Shown here in pieces: positions 28,467 to 41,868 of a DNA stretch of 64,000 nt (within the stretch, counting starts at the first letter, position 1; every line of letters begins with the position of its first letter). Origin of the DNA: Octopus vulgaris (taxonomy: Eukaryota); NCBI GenBank assembly GCA_951406725.2, contig OX597822.1, positions 113,026,001 to 113,090,000 on the forward strand, given 5' to 3'. A program made the position numbers and the translations under genes. The notes under the pieces are model-generated. The model worked only from the letters and a program-made list of their open reading frames with translations, was not told the origin of the DNA and searched no databases.

Positions 28467-29131
28467 TGTGTGTGTGTGTGTTTGTGTATGTGTGTGTATG
28501 TGTGTGCGTGTGCGTTATACATGTGTGTATGAGTGGGCAAAAGAAATCTTAATTAAAATCTATTGCCAGTTCTATTTACTTGTTACTTACGTCTCACCAA
28601 AAATATTACCATGTCCTCCGATAGGGCGTACGTCGATCTTGAAAGAAACTGGTGTATACTGATACTCTTTACTGCATATAGAAATCACGTGCCTTGTGTG
28701 AAAAACTCATTCACAAAACATATAAACTAAACAAAACTGAGTGACCTGAAGAATCCTCAAACATCTATTGATTGGGAAGATACAGTATTTGTGAGATATG
28801 TTTTATAACAGTATTAGCTATTGTTATGATGTGAATAAAAAGCCGGTATTTGAAGTTGGTCGTTGGTGAAGAGCTTGCTTCTAACGTGCTCCACCACACA
28901 CGTAGAGAACAATAATCATCATGGAAGACTGCAACATCTGACAACTTTTGTGATCTTTGATACTACCTATGACAACGGATACAACATGAAAACGAGTTTT
29001 AAAATTAGATTGACGAATTTATTAGACAACTATTACAAGTTACCAACAAAGTTAAATGATTCTGTATTAGTTTCACGACTCACAAGTGATCTAGCGAGTC
29101 ATTTCGAAAAAGAATGGTGAAATGTTGATTG

Positions 29132-29441
29132 TTGTTATGTTTGTTCCTTCTCGAGCCACGGCTGGCTCATAAGGGCCGGTTTCCCGGTTTCCTTGGCGTA
29201 TAGGTTCCCCACCTGGACGGGATGCCGGTCCGTCGCAGCTGAGCTGCAAGATGCAGGAGGAAAGAGTGAGAGAAAGTTGTGGCAAAAGAGGCAGTAGAAG
29301 TTCGCCATTACCTTCTGCCAGAGTCGCGTGGAGCTTAGGTGTTTCGCTCATAAACACACACATCGCCCGGTCTGAGATTCGAACCCGCGATCCCGCGACC
29401 GCGAATCCGCTGCTCTAACCACTAGGCCATGTGCCTCCACG
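29132..29441 (-). mobile_element. tRNA-derived SINE related to family C, with a different 3' tail and 11-bp TSD
   Basis: Head GTGGAGGCACATGGCCTAGTGGTTAGAGC..GGTTCGAATCTC; TSD AATGTTGATTG at 29121-29131 and 29442-29452. Confidence 0.88.
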
Positions 29442-30188
29442 AATGTTGATTGGTATGAAGCCAGCCTCCAAGCTATGGAACCCCCAACACAAACCAAAGA
29501 ATCAGCTCTCATTAAATGAAAGAAAAACTCAAATAAGCCAAACTAGAACTTTCTGAGCAAATACGAAAGAAATTATCAGAGATGATAACCAGAAAATGGG
29601 TTGACCACTGTTAGTTACAGTTAAGCTCCTCTGTTGAACTTGTGTTTTTCACTAGCAATATCAGGTTCATGCATGAAGGCATCAAACACACCATTGCTTC
29701 AACAACGAAAAAATAAAATCCCAATTCCCTTAAAATGAAAATCATTACTGACTCCAGTAAACAATTGGCCAAGTGGTTGGAGCTTCACTCTATGGAGGAT
29801 ACAGACTCCGAGAAAGCTGTCACCATCATCTCAACACCATCAGGAGTTAAGGGCACAAAATCACTCTGTAAAACCGGTCGTTTATACTGATCACATACAA
29901 TCGACAGTACTTTTATATCGAACCAATAAGGGAATCTCCACAAGGTCGCTCTAGAAACAGCAGACAAATCTGTTTCAAAAAGAAAGAAGGAAAAGATGAA
30001 CATGTTCGACAATGTGATCCTAGTCTTATTTGTCAGGGCTGGAATGCCTTGATCATCAGTCTGCTCCGCCAGGGTTTTTCTAGAGCAATGCTCTGCAACT
30101 GGTATGTCACAGCCCGCTGGTGTGCCACGAGACGATACTAGGTGCGCTGCAGTGTAACCTGAATATAGTTTTTTTCTTTATACTTTTA

Positions 30189-30397
30189 TGTTGTGTCTGG
30201 GGAAAGTCATTTTCTTTTTGTGTCTTATAATGTAACACATTCACCGGTAAAATTTCCACTTATTTCTTCTTTTTATTTTTACTTTTTGTTTTTTAAATTT
30301 TTTAAAAATTCTTTTTATTTCCCTAAGTGGAAATTTTACCGGTGAGTGTGTTACATTATAAGGTACAAAAAGAAAATGACTCTCCCCAGACACAACA
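30189..30397. mobile_element. MITE-like hairpin with 74-bp inverted arms; solo arm also at ~4843-4915
   Basis: 30189-30262 is the reverse complement of 30324-30397 with few mismatches; T-rich spacer. Confidence 0.75.
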
Positions 30398-30849
30398 GAA
30401 TATGCTTCAACACACGAACTCATATAAATAATCTTGCAAACCAAATCCAAAAACGAAATATTTATACATTTAGTTCAAATTTGCCGCCGAATTTTGAAAG
30501 AAATATAAGTGTACTACAGGTGAAAAAATGTTGTGGAGCGCTGGTCTAGAGTTAATAACAACAATAACAAAAACAAGTATGCCACACTGATATATTACTT
30601 AGGAATATCAAATTTATTTTCTGTTGAAACGAAAAGCATTGACCATGTTTGGATATCATTTGTCTACGACATCCACTGATTGTTCCCAGGCTTTGCTTCC
30701 ATGAAATGATATAGTCTTCTATTGGTTATATCACTGGAATTTATCCTTTTTTACTGCTGACCAAATATTCATAAGTAGCATCAGTGGCGAGCTATAAGAG
30801 CAAGAAATAGGGTGTTGGGGGATGGAAATTGTCACAAGATATGCTTACG

Positions 30850-31442
30850 GATTGAAATGTGTGACATTATTGGGGAGTTTAAAGAGAGGAGAGAAAATGC
30901 GACAAGGAGAGAGAGAGATGTGTATAAAGAAGGGGGATATAGAGAAGGCAAAGGGAGAGAATAAAAAATAGAAATACTTATGGGGGAGAACCGTTTGTTG
31001 AGAGAGGTTACGGATAGAATTGAAGGGAGGGAGAATGTTAGATAGAGAGAGAGAGAGGGAAAGCAAATAAAGCATGCAAAGAAGAGTAGGAGAGGAAAGG
31101 GCTGGAAAGAAAACAGGAAATGAGAGAAAGGGGGAGAGAAAGGGGGGAGGGAGAAAGAAGAAGGGGAAAGTACATGAAAATTACAATACGGAAATGGGAC
31201 AAAGATAGAAATGACTTTAAAAAATGAGATAAAGGGAAAGCAAATGAAACAATGAATGAATAAAAGAAATAAATAAAGAAAGAAAGAAAGAAAGAAAGAA
31301 AGAAGGAAGGAAGGAAGGAAAGAAGGCAGGAAGGGAGAAAGAAGAGCAAAGAAAGAGTAAAAAGGAAAGGAAGCGTGAAAAAGAAAAAAGCAAAAGGAAA
31401 CTAACAAAGAAAGAAAGGAAGAAAGAAAGAAACAAACAAACA

Positions 31443-31482
<40 letters not shown>

Positions 31483-31632
31483 AGGAAAGAAAGAAAGAAA
31501 GAAAGCGCGTTAGCAAAACGCGCTGAGAAGGAAAAGAAAGTATGGTGAGAGAAATAACAATAAGGAAGTTGAATGGCGTAAAAAGTGGGAAAAAAAATAA
31601 GAAAGAAAAGAAGAGAGAAAAGAAGAGAGGGG
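30850..31632. repeat. Purine-rich low-complexity/(GAAA)n tract
   Basis: Directly visible. Confidence 0.9.
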
Positions 31633-32058
31633 GATCTGGTTTTGAGGGCAAAACTCAATTGAATGGGAGGCTGAGATTAACTGTGTGGTGCTTGACAACG
31701 CCGAACACCTGCTGGGATTCTAATTACATCCTCAAGTGAGAAGCGATGCCGAGTTTGAACTCAATGACGTTACCAACGGCCCCTTCTTCGTCACTGGGTG
31801 ACGGAACTGAGTGAGGAACAATGGCCGGCTCGTATAATTTGTGTGTGCGTCTTTCTGTTGGGTCTCTCGCCTCTTGAGAACCGGTGTTGATCTGTTTACG
31901 TCCTCCTACATAGCGGTTCGGTCAAAAGATTTTGATAGAATAAGCACCAAACGTAAAAATAATTATCGGATTCAGTTTCACCGTTTAAACTATCCAACGC
32001 AGTGCTCCAGCTTGGCTGCAGTCCAGTGACTAAAACAAGTAGAAACTAAGAAAATATA

Positions 32059-32291
32059 TATTTCTTTACTACCCACAAGGGACTAAACATAGAGAGGACA
32101 AACAAGGACAGACAGACGGATTAAGTTGATTACATCGACCCCAGTCCGTAACTGGTACTCAATTTATCAACCCCGAAAGGATGAAAGGCAAAGTCGACCT
32201 CGGCGGAATCTGAACTCAGAACGTAACGACAGATAAAATACGGTTACGCATTTCGCCCGGCGTGCTAACGTTTCTGCCAGCTCGCCGCCTT
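32059..32291 (-). mobile_element. Family B SINE with TSD GAAAC(T/A)AAGAAAATATAT
   Basis: Full-length match. Confidence 0.9.
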
Positions 32292-32474
32292 GAAACAAAG
32301 AAAATATATTTAACAAAATTTGACAACTTCAATCACATTCACGTATTTTTTTCTCTTTTTCTTTTATCCTTTACTTGTTTCAGTTGTTAGATTGAGGCCA
32401 TGCTTTGGTACCGCATTGAATGGACCTCACTGCTTATTTTCTTTTAAGCCCGGTACTTATTCTATCGGGAAATC

Positions 32475-35032
32475 AGGAGTAAAGAAAAGGAATTTAACCA
32501 AGATGCTCAGCGGCTGGAAGAAATCCGAAGAAGTTATTGCTCCTGCGTTACATTCAAGACATACATCATCGATGGTGAAACTCTTGCAACGGTGATTCAG
32601 AAACTTCAGGATAGAAAAGCACCTGGAAGAGACTTGATTGTTGGATATTGATACACGAAGCTAAGATTCTACCGACCATCTCTCATCAATCTGTACCAGC
32701 AAGCTCTCATTGGGAACAGTAGCATACCACACTGGCTGGCTTTGGCAGAGACGAAATTGATCTCCAAATGCAAAGCTAGCCACATGGCAAAATACTACCG
32801 GCCAATTGCATACCAGAACTTAATTTATAAGATATATACGGCCTGTTTAAATCTCATGCTCCAGGACCATTGTGAAACTAATAACATCATCACAACAAAA
32901 CAAGCAACTGGGAAGAAGGGAGTCTGGGGATATACCGAGCAATTTTTAGTCAACAAAACTGTGATGTCAGAGGTGCGAGAGCATAGGAGAAACCTAGTTT
33001 CAATGTAACTACATTACAAGAAAGCCTTTGGCTCTGCTCTGCTCCCCACCCATGGATGCTAGAACCCCTTCAACTTGCCAAAGTTCGAGTGAGCATAGTC
33101 AAAGCTGTAGCTGACCTGACTTCATCGTGGGTCATCATCTTGAAATTAAACACAAAGAATGACTGCATTATCACTGATAGAATACAGTATTACAAAGGCA
33201 TATTCTAAGGGAACAGCCTCTCTGAGATGTTGTTTATATTTTCTGTAAACCCCTTGTCATTCATGTTAAGGAAGCCTGAAGAATATCTCACTGGTTCACA
33301 AGGAAACAGAATTACCAAAATTCATACGTTTCTTTGTGGATGACTTGAAATTTTATGCAAAGAATATGCATGCGATGAGAAACAGACTTGACCTAGTTAC
33401 AACATTCTCAAAAGATGTAGGGTTGGAGTTTGGTTAGGATAAATGTTGTTATATAGTTATGAAAAGTAGAGAAACTATAAACCAGACTAGTAACATCCCC
33501 ACCAATGATTTGACTGTTTCCCCTATATATAACGAGGAATGTTACAGGAATCTAGGGGTGGATGAAAACATATCACCCGTAACAAAACAAGTGTCGCTAA
33601 AGAGTATTACGGCCGAATAAAGACAATTTGGACCTTTAGAACTCTCTACATTCAATCAAACAGTGGCTCACAGTGTGTTTTCAGTGCCAGCGCTCATTCC
33701 AGAATTTGGGCTGCTTCATTGGACGTTTGTTGAGATCTAAGACATTGATATAAAAAACCGAAAATACTAACAAGCGCACATAATTTCCACATAAACAGTG
33801 ACGTAGACCGCCTTTAGCTAAAAACAAAAACAAGGCGGCAGTGGCTTACCATCGATCTAAAATGCCTTTGAATGTCGTATCATATCCCTTCAGCAACATC
33901 TTTTAACCACCAAGTGTCGAAGTGCATCCCTTGACCAAGTTTGCATACATAAGGCTGACAACACCATAAGACTTGGAATGCAGCTCCTTGAGCAACACAC
34001 TTTGTCTGATAACCTAGAATACATGCGCAAAGAAGACGCACGACTCTACCGCAACGTATCATCAGATGAAAGGATGAGCCTGCATGGATATGTTAGTAGG
34101 AAGCTCCATGGTGATAGTAACATCGATCATCAAAGCAGTTTATCATGGACGAATAGCAGGATTACTACCTCCCACTTTGAAGAGTATGCGTTTGCAATCC
34201 AGGAACAGGAAATATCAACCAAGCACCTAGTGTACAAAAGGGACAGAAAAAGCAGTAAAAGCAGTAAGATGTGACAACCGATGCAGACTTTGGGGAGTTA
34301 ACACCGAAGATATCACCCACATCATAAGTAGTTGTCCGAAAATGTCCTCACGGCTTTATCTACCGATGAGACATAATGTTGTTGCTGGGACACTCTATAA
34401 TGAAATCCGTCGGAAGGATAACCCCGAGAACAAAGAAATAAGATCCCACAGTACGGTAGAAGCCATAGCCACTCATAATAACAAGGAGTTCTGGTGGAAT
34501 GTCCCAGTGAAGACATCAATAAAATGTAAGCACAACAGACCTGATATAATTATTTGGAATAGAGAAGATAAACTGTGTACAGTTGTGGAAATTAGCTGCC
34601 CAGCGGATGTTAATATAAAGCTGAAGATCAGTGGAAAAGAGATCACCTATGCTGAACTATTGAGAAATCTGCAGTTACTCTATCCAGATTACAAGTTCAG
34701 CCCTAAGCTATGTAACACACTGCCTAAATACCAATCTTGAGAAATTAGGCTTCTCAAAATCAGGACGGAGGAAGCTAATTCGAAGACTACAGTTCCAATC
34801 CATTACTGGAACTGAAAAAATCTGTAAAACTTTCCAGAAGTTTATCATTTAAATATATATGAGCATGAGAATACATAGATAAAGCAAAACATACAAATCT
34901 GCACATATACATACATATAAACAAAAAAACCCTATTGTTGATGTTGAAATTCCAATGAAGGAGCCTTGAATTTAGGTTAGAAACCAAGTTTTTCACTACC
35001 GGCTAGAAATTTTGAAATAAAACTGAATACTG
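32475..35032 (+). mobile_element. 5'-truncated, decayed REL-endonuclease non-LTR retrotransposon (R4/Dong-like)
   Basis: RT remnants KAPGRDLI, YRPIAYQNLIYKIYT, FVDDLK; zinc knuckle CRL..EDITHIISSC; restriction-like endonuclease RH..NRPDIIIW..VVEISCP; 3'UTR with AATAAA abutting (CATA)n. Confidence 0.88.
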
Positions 35033-35279
35033 ACATACATACATACGTGCATCCATCCATCCATCCATCCATCCATCCATCCATCCATCCATCCATCCAT
35101 CCATACATGCATATATACATACATACATACATACATACATACATACATACATACATACATACATACATACATACATACATACATACATACATACATACGT
35201 GCATCCATCCATCCATCCATCCATCCATCCATCCATCCATACATACATACATACATACATACATACATACATACATACA

Positions 35280-35310
<31 letters not shown>

Positions 35311-35311
<1 letters not shown>

Positions 35312-35590
35312 CAGTGAGCGTCTAAATTACGCAAAAATGAAAATAACACTGACGTCTCATTTTAACAGATATATTTACCAAAATTACTTTAAAATACCTT
35401 GAAATACTAAAGAGAAAATTTATTCAATAAAATCGCCATTGACTTCATCCACGGCCTCCATAGGTCTTCGGAATCTCTTGCAACTCTTCTGGGCGGTCTC
35501 CTTCTTTAAGTTAGTGAATGCTGCCATAATCCTTGCCTTTAATTCATTTTTGGTTTTACAAGGAGTTTTGTTGGTCTCTCGCTCAACTCA
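35311..35590 (-). pseudogene. 3' end of maT/DD37D-like transposase
   Basis: VERETNKTPCKTKNELKARIMAAFTNL..KSCKRFRRPMEAVDEVNGDFIE*; terminal sequence shared with 26345. Confidence 0.75.
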
Positions 35591-35890
35591 CTACGAAAGG
35601 AATCTTATCAAGAAAATTTTCTAAAATTTTCTTGAGAACATTGCATTCTTGGTGGTAAGACCATAGCGGATCTACTTATAACATAATGGATGTCCACGTA
35701 GTGGTCATTTCACTTATATTGCATGTAATATAATTTGTCTGAATCTTCAGATATTAATATGCTAGACCACTGGTTTTCAATTGATATTAATCAGATTAAT
35801 ATCAGATATTAATCAGATTAATCAGATTAATCAGATTAATATTCAATTAATATTAATATTAATATTGACCCTTATTATTTTAAATTTATA

Positions 35891-35969
<79 letters not shown>

Positions 35970-36705
35970 ATGCTTTGCGGGTAGGATTGTTTCAATGAAG
36001 TCGTGTCTTGTCCTTGCCTTCATAACGCGGAATAGATGAAAGAGAGACAACTGAAGAAGGGGAGTATTCTTTATGTTGTATGTCTCGTTTCTCTATTTTT
36101 TTCGTTGTTCGAAAAAAGTTCGTTTCTATGTTTTTGTTTTTATGTTTTCATTTCTCGTTGTGTTCAACGTTTTTTTCTTCTGATGTCCTGTACCTATATA
36201 TACATGTATATATACATATATATGTAGGTATGTACATATATATGTATATATTCATATATTTATATATTATTCATTTTATAATATGATCGAACGCCACGCA
36301 TCCTTTTCCAAGTAAGTTTTATCTTAATAATTACGATGCACACTCCTCTATCTCTACTATCGCTTCTCTCTCTCTCTCTCTCCCTCTCTTGTTCTTCATA
36401 CTTTCTGGTTTTCTCTCCTACCCTTCCCTATTCCTCTCCTCTCATCTTCACCGTTCCCTCCCTCTCACTCCTCCTCCTCGACTCTCTCGTCGATGACACG
36501 TGACGAAGGAGAATCTACCTTTCTACCCACAACCTTCGGAAAGACTAAACGTGCTTATACTGTCTCCTTCATAAGCTCGTCTTCCTAGCGTTCATAATAA
36601 TTTTTCTATCGTCTTGTATGTATATTCTTATATTCTTTTACTTGTCTCAGTCATTTTACTGCAGCCATTCTAGAACACCACGTAAACATATATATATATA
36701 TATAT

Positions 36706-37119
36706 GCAGGAGTGGCTGTGTGGTAAGTAGCTTGCTAACCAACCACATGGTTCCGGGTTCAGTCCCACTGCGTGGCATCTTGGGCAAGTGTCTTCTGCTA
36801 TAGCCCCGGGCCGACCAATGCCTTGTGAGTGGATTTGGTAGACGGAAACTGAAAGAAGCCCGTCGTATATATGTATATATATATATATGTGTGTGTGTGC
36901 GTGTATGTTTGTGTGTCTGTGTTTGTCCCCCTAGCATTGCTTGACAACCGATGCTGGTGTGTTTATGTCCCCGTCACTTAGCGGTTCGGCAAAAGAGACC
37001 GATAGAATAAGTACTGGGCTTACAAAAGAATAAGTCCCGGGGTCGATTTGGTCGACTAAAGGCGGTGCTCCAGCATGGCCGCAGTCAAATGACTGAAACA
37101 AGTAAAAGAGTAAAAGAGT
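36706..37119 (+). mobile_element. Young full-length family A SINE
   Basis: tRNA-like head, CORE-like CTGCGTGGCATCTTGGGCAAGTG, internal (TA)(TG) tract, (GTAAAAGA)n tail; near-identical to 38466-38888, 45153-45553 and 55806-56219. Confidence 0.93.
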
Positions 37120-37994
37120 ATATGTAAAATGGGAAGGCATGTCTCATTAAATAAAGTTCGCTGCTTTGCAGAGCCGACATGTTAAGTACAACGCCGAGCA
37201 CAATTTCACAATTACATGCAATTTATACGATCTGAAAAACAACATTAATGTTAACGGGGGTCAGTAAATCGTATTTTGTTTTGTATATTTGCTGCAGCTT
37301 AACCTGAGGGATGTCATAATTTAATATATAGGAACTTTAATTTTTTTTTTTATACATAAACAGCTCCGCGTCATTCATGAAGTCAAGATGTAAATTCATC
37401 AATGAGTGATAAATACATTTCATTGAGACAAGATTTGCTTCCTTTTTGCCTTTATTCTCCCATGTTTCATCTAAATTCACAGCGATTTTTCCTTGATTCT
37501 CAGCCTTTCATTCATAATATATAAATATACATATTCTCTCTTCTAACATATTCATAGTAGATTATTTCTTAACAATTGCAATATCGTCTGCTGAAGGAAT
37601 ATGTGACTCATAGGATTAGCGGAATATGGATTCGATGAATTATTCCCAGTTCCCTCTTTTCATTCGGTTTTAATTTAATGATATCCAGTTTGGTTTCTAC
37701 AGTTACCATCTTTTTATTGTCATTTCTTGAGCTTTCACACTTTCTTCTTCATCATCAGAAAAGGTATTTATATGTTTTGTCATCTTTCTTTCGTTCTTTC
37801 TGTGGGTCCCCCACCCCCGCTTCCCACTGCTATAATATGCTTTCTCTCCCCCCACCCCCCACTAACTCTTTGGATCATTCTACCTTCACTCCACCCCCCC
37901 CCCCCCACTGAAAGTTCATGGCGACAACAAACAAATAGCTTTTGTACTGCCGTCAGCTCCGAATGACGTTTTGCTCGGTTGTATAAGGTGGTAT

Positions 37995-38103
37995 CCCTGT
38001 AGGGGGCGCTCTCTTGCTTCCTTTCACAGATGCATGTGACACAACCTATCGGCTGCTGTAGAGCAATAGCGAACGAGATTCAACCTTAGCGACATCTAGT
38101 GAC
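37995..38103. promoter_or_regulatory. Two convergent CTCF-like motifs
   Basis: CCTGTAGGGGGCGCT (+, 37996-38010) and GTCACTAGATGTCGCTA (-, 38087-38103) match the CCASYAGRKGGCRS consensus with 1-2 mismatches, in unique CpG-retaining DNA. Confidence 0.55.
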
Positions 38104-38465
38104 GCTGGTGCAAAGACAAATGCAGAACATATTCATAATTCGGAATATTTTAATATTCCTTGCAGTTTGAACATTCACGCTACATTTCGGCCGAATATTA
38201 ATAGTTTATATATGTATCGCCCGAGCCATTAATTACTTTTCACTTCTAGTTCTGTGTGAAAGTATTCTAGGATTAGCTTCGTAATATCAAACAAGAATTT
38301 GTTCATTTCCTAAATAATATTGCTAATAATTGACCCTAAGCGACCCAGTTGTTTTAGAAGTGAAGAAATCAACTGGAATTTCTAACAAAACTAAAAGAGA
38401 AGAAAGGAATTTGACTTCATAGAAATTTATTAATATTAATATTTTATTTATTAATATTTATTAAT

Positions 38466-38637
38466 AGGCGTAGGAGTGGCTGTGTGGTAAGTAGCTTGCT
38501 TACCAACCACATGTTTCCGGGTTCAGTCCCACTGCGTGGCATCTTGGGCAAGTGTCTTCTACTATAGCCTCGGGCTGACCAATGCCTTGTGAGTGGATTT
38601 GGTAGACGGAAACTGAAAGAAGCATGTCGTATATATG

Positions 38638-38676
<39 letters not shown>

Positions 38677-38888
38677 TTGTATGTCTGTGTTTGTCCCCCT
38701 AGCATTGCTTGACAACCGATGCTGGTGTGTTTATGTCACCGTCACATTAGCGGTTCAGCAAAAGAGACCGATAGAATAAGTACTGGGCTTACAGAAGAAT
38801 AAGTCCCGGGGTCGAGTTCCTCGATTAAAGGCGGTGCTCCAGCATGGCCGCAGTCAAATGACTGAAACAAGTAAAAGAGTAAAGAGTA
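38466..38888 (+). mobile_element. Young full-length family A SINE
   Basis: As for 36706-37119. Confidence 0.93.
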
Positions 38889-39085
38889 AATTTCAATACT
38901 GACCTTAATATCAAGAAAATATGAGATATTCTCTGAAGAAATACATTTGGACATCGGAATAAACTTGAGAGAGGAATCTCTTAGATCGTTTACATATTCA
39001 CTAACACATACGCGCACGCACGTGTACATACACACATATATGTTTTTATACATATACACATATACATATATGTATGTGTGTGTAC

Positions 39086-39128
<43 letters not shown>

Positions 39129-39143
39129 CATATATATATATAC

Positions 39144-39247
<104 letters not shown>

Positions 39248-39789
39248 GCACACTCACACTTATATACATATGGATATATATACATGTATTCACATATACT
39301 ATACATGTGTGTGTGTGTGTAAGTGTGTACGTGTGTATGTGTGTGTACACGCGTATGTGTGCGCATGCACGTGTGTGCGAATATACGTGTACACGCGCAC
39401 GCGCTCTGCGCATGCTCTTGACTATATGTGTATTAGACATAGACCTTGCTATTGAGCATGAATGGTCAGAAATGATGTTATATTATGAGTGGTTCTATTA
39501 GATAACGAGTCAAAGAATAAAACGTCAAGTTACTGCACGCATAAACGTATTCACAGACACTGACAGAAGAAGCTCAAATTAAAAGTATCTAAAACAGAAT
39601 AGTGCTATTTAACTAAAGCGAATTTGCGCCGTGACTAACATTCCCAGAGTTCCACGCTCCGTACAATTTGCAGAAACACTAAATTTTTGGTAGTTAATAC
39701 TATTATCTTTATGTATTTATTTTTCTTTCATCAAATCTCCCTTTTTGAGATTTTCCTCCTGGGGAAGTTTAATATTTCTTCCGTTTAGG

Positions 39790-40440
39790 CACTACTTCTA
39801 ACCGCTCTGTTTGTTTCCTCTTTATTGTTCTGCTACGCCTAGGTTCAATTTCTTATGGCGTTGGAACATCAAAGGTGTCATAGAACACTTCCATGGGTAT
39901 CCCTTTTCTTTTTTCCGTATATCTATTTTCTAGCTGGTTTAAATGTCTTTTGTGTTCCCATTTTACGCCTCTTATCATATATGCCATTTTGCCTATACTT
40001 TTCGTTACTACTCCGTCTTCCCAACCTTGTCTTCCATTTTCATATATTTTGAAAAACACCTTGTCACTGACATTAGAATACGTTGTTGTATATTCAGTGT
40101 TCTTCACATTTGTTTTTCTTACTGGTAACACCTGGTCGAAAATTGACAATTTTTCGAGTAAACATTAGTTCTGCAGGCGACTTGCTTGAAAAAGTGTTTA
40201 AGTTTGGTGTCATCCTATAAATACTCAAGAATTGTATCAATGCTGTGCCATCGACTTGCTCGTTTCTTGATTTCTTTAATACTCTTTTAAAAGTATCCAC
40301 AAACCTTTCTGCTGGCCCGTTTGATCTTGGGTGATACGGAGGAGTAGTGACATGTTTAACTGAGTACATCTTTCAAAAATTCTTAAATTTATTCGAAGTG
40401 AATTGTGTACCGTTATCGGAGACTATGGTATCCAGGATGC
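39790..40440 (-). pseudogene. Ty3/Gypsy LTR-retrotransposon integrase fragment
   Basis: DTIVSDNGTQFTS and HVTTPPYHPRSNGPAERFVDTFKR (rve D..E motifs), followed by C-terminal W..GVV..IG..Y..H.NQL; frameshifted. Confidence 0.88.
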
Positions 40441-40619
40441 GAAAGTTTTTCCCCCAAAAGAGTTCCGGACCCCAGTAATGAATTCATTTGCATACAGCCA
40501 ATCAGAGCAGATCCACCTTTATCCTTTCTTCCTTTCTAGTCAGCACCGTGCAATCCCTACTCTTTCCCTCAGACAGCAACTTCTCCGTCAAACACATGTT
40601 GTCAATATTTGTAAACAAT

Positions 40620-41040
40620 ACATGTTATGTCTCCGGTAATTTTTTTCATATAAATAAATCTTATTCAGCTGCTATTATTAGTACAAAAGTTCTCCGGTAT
40701 TTTTTTTTCATGTAATTAAATGTTTATGGTAATTTAAAAGAGAAAAACCTGAATATGTCTGTGGCTTACGATTGACTAAAATTACCAAAATTTTCAGACT
40801 TTAATTACTAATAACTTTTTATTTATTGATTTATAGCGAAATTAATGAAATTACTTTCACTTCATTATAAAAGTGTATCATTACACTAAATATGAAATCA
40901 GTTCGGACTGAAAAAAAAACTCTGGCAGCCAATCAGAAAATATTCCCCCACACCCCACACATCCAAAAATAGTCACGAAAATGTGTGAGTACTAAAAAAT
41001 TTCGCTGAGTACTATTATATTATTAGTAGTAAATTATAGA
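40620..41040 (-). mobile_element. Possible Helitron 5' portion
   Basis: Minus strand begins A|TCTATAATTTACTACTAATAATATAA, typical of Helitron 5' ends; no 3' CTAG end found. Confidence 0.35.
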
Positions 41041-41555
41041 TCTATTTATTATAACCAGCTGAACCCCTGAAAAATTCGCGGAACGTATTAAAAAATGCAA
41101 GTATCTGTAAATTGTGTGCTGGTAATCGTAGGTCGCCATTTTGAATAAGATACTATTCATTCCGAGGCTATAGTAAAAACACTTGTCCAACACATAGAAT
41201 CGAAATAGAAATGGCGTAGTTACGGAGCAAAATTCTTAACCATGAAATTATGTCTGCATCGAGCTACATTGGTCGGTCGTTTCAAATGGCTTTGTGCAAT
41301 TTTATTCAGAATAATATCCTACATGAATGGAATTTATGGTAGAATTATGGAATTTCATTCCGTATTCTTGGTTTTTGAATCTAGAATATTGGATATGTAA
41401 TCAAGAATTTGAGAACCGATTTCAGAATTTTAGATTGTATTTTTTCAGTATTGTCTTTTACCGTTTACCTTGTACTTATTCTCTCGGTGTCTTTCGCTGA
41501 ACTGCTATGTTGCGGGACGTAAAGGAACCAACACTGGTTTTCAAGCGTAAGCGAG

Positions 41556-41759
<204 letters not shown>

Positions 41760-41784
41760 AAAGCAACAAGAATGGATTAAAATC

Positions 41785-41868
41785 TCGGTACAATTGTTTC
41801 GTACGAGGACATCTTTAATAAGCTACAAAAAATGCAGTAAATATAGATGGTTCGTACTCGTCAGCCGA
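41785..41868 (-). ncRNA. Type I hammerhead ribozyme motif with canonical core, in a (TA)n-flanked element (41756-42298)
   Basis: TCGG-CTGACGA-GTACGA..CATCT..AGATG..TCGTAC-GAAA-CAATTG-TA-CCGA: all helices pair, G10.1-C11.1 canonical. Confidence 0.85.

Noticed and set aside
35735-35870. Minus-strand GAAAACCAGTGGTC..CTGAAGA (type II-like order) and (ATTAATCAG)n repeat
   Set aside because: Extra A in the core and no helix I pairing; the tandem repeat is simple slippage.
36497-36553. CACG-TGACGAAGG..CCTTCG-GAAA..CGTG
   Set aside because: Core lacks C3 and helix III cannot form; insufficient.
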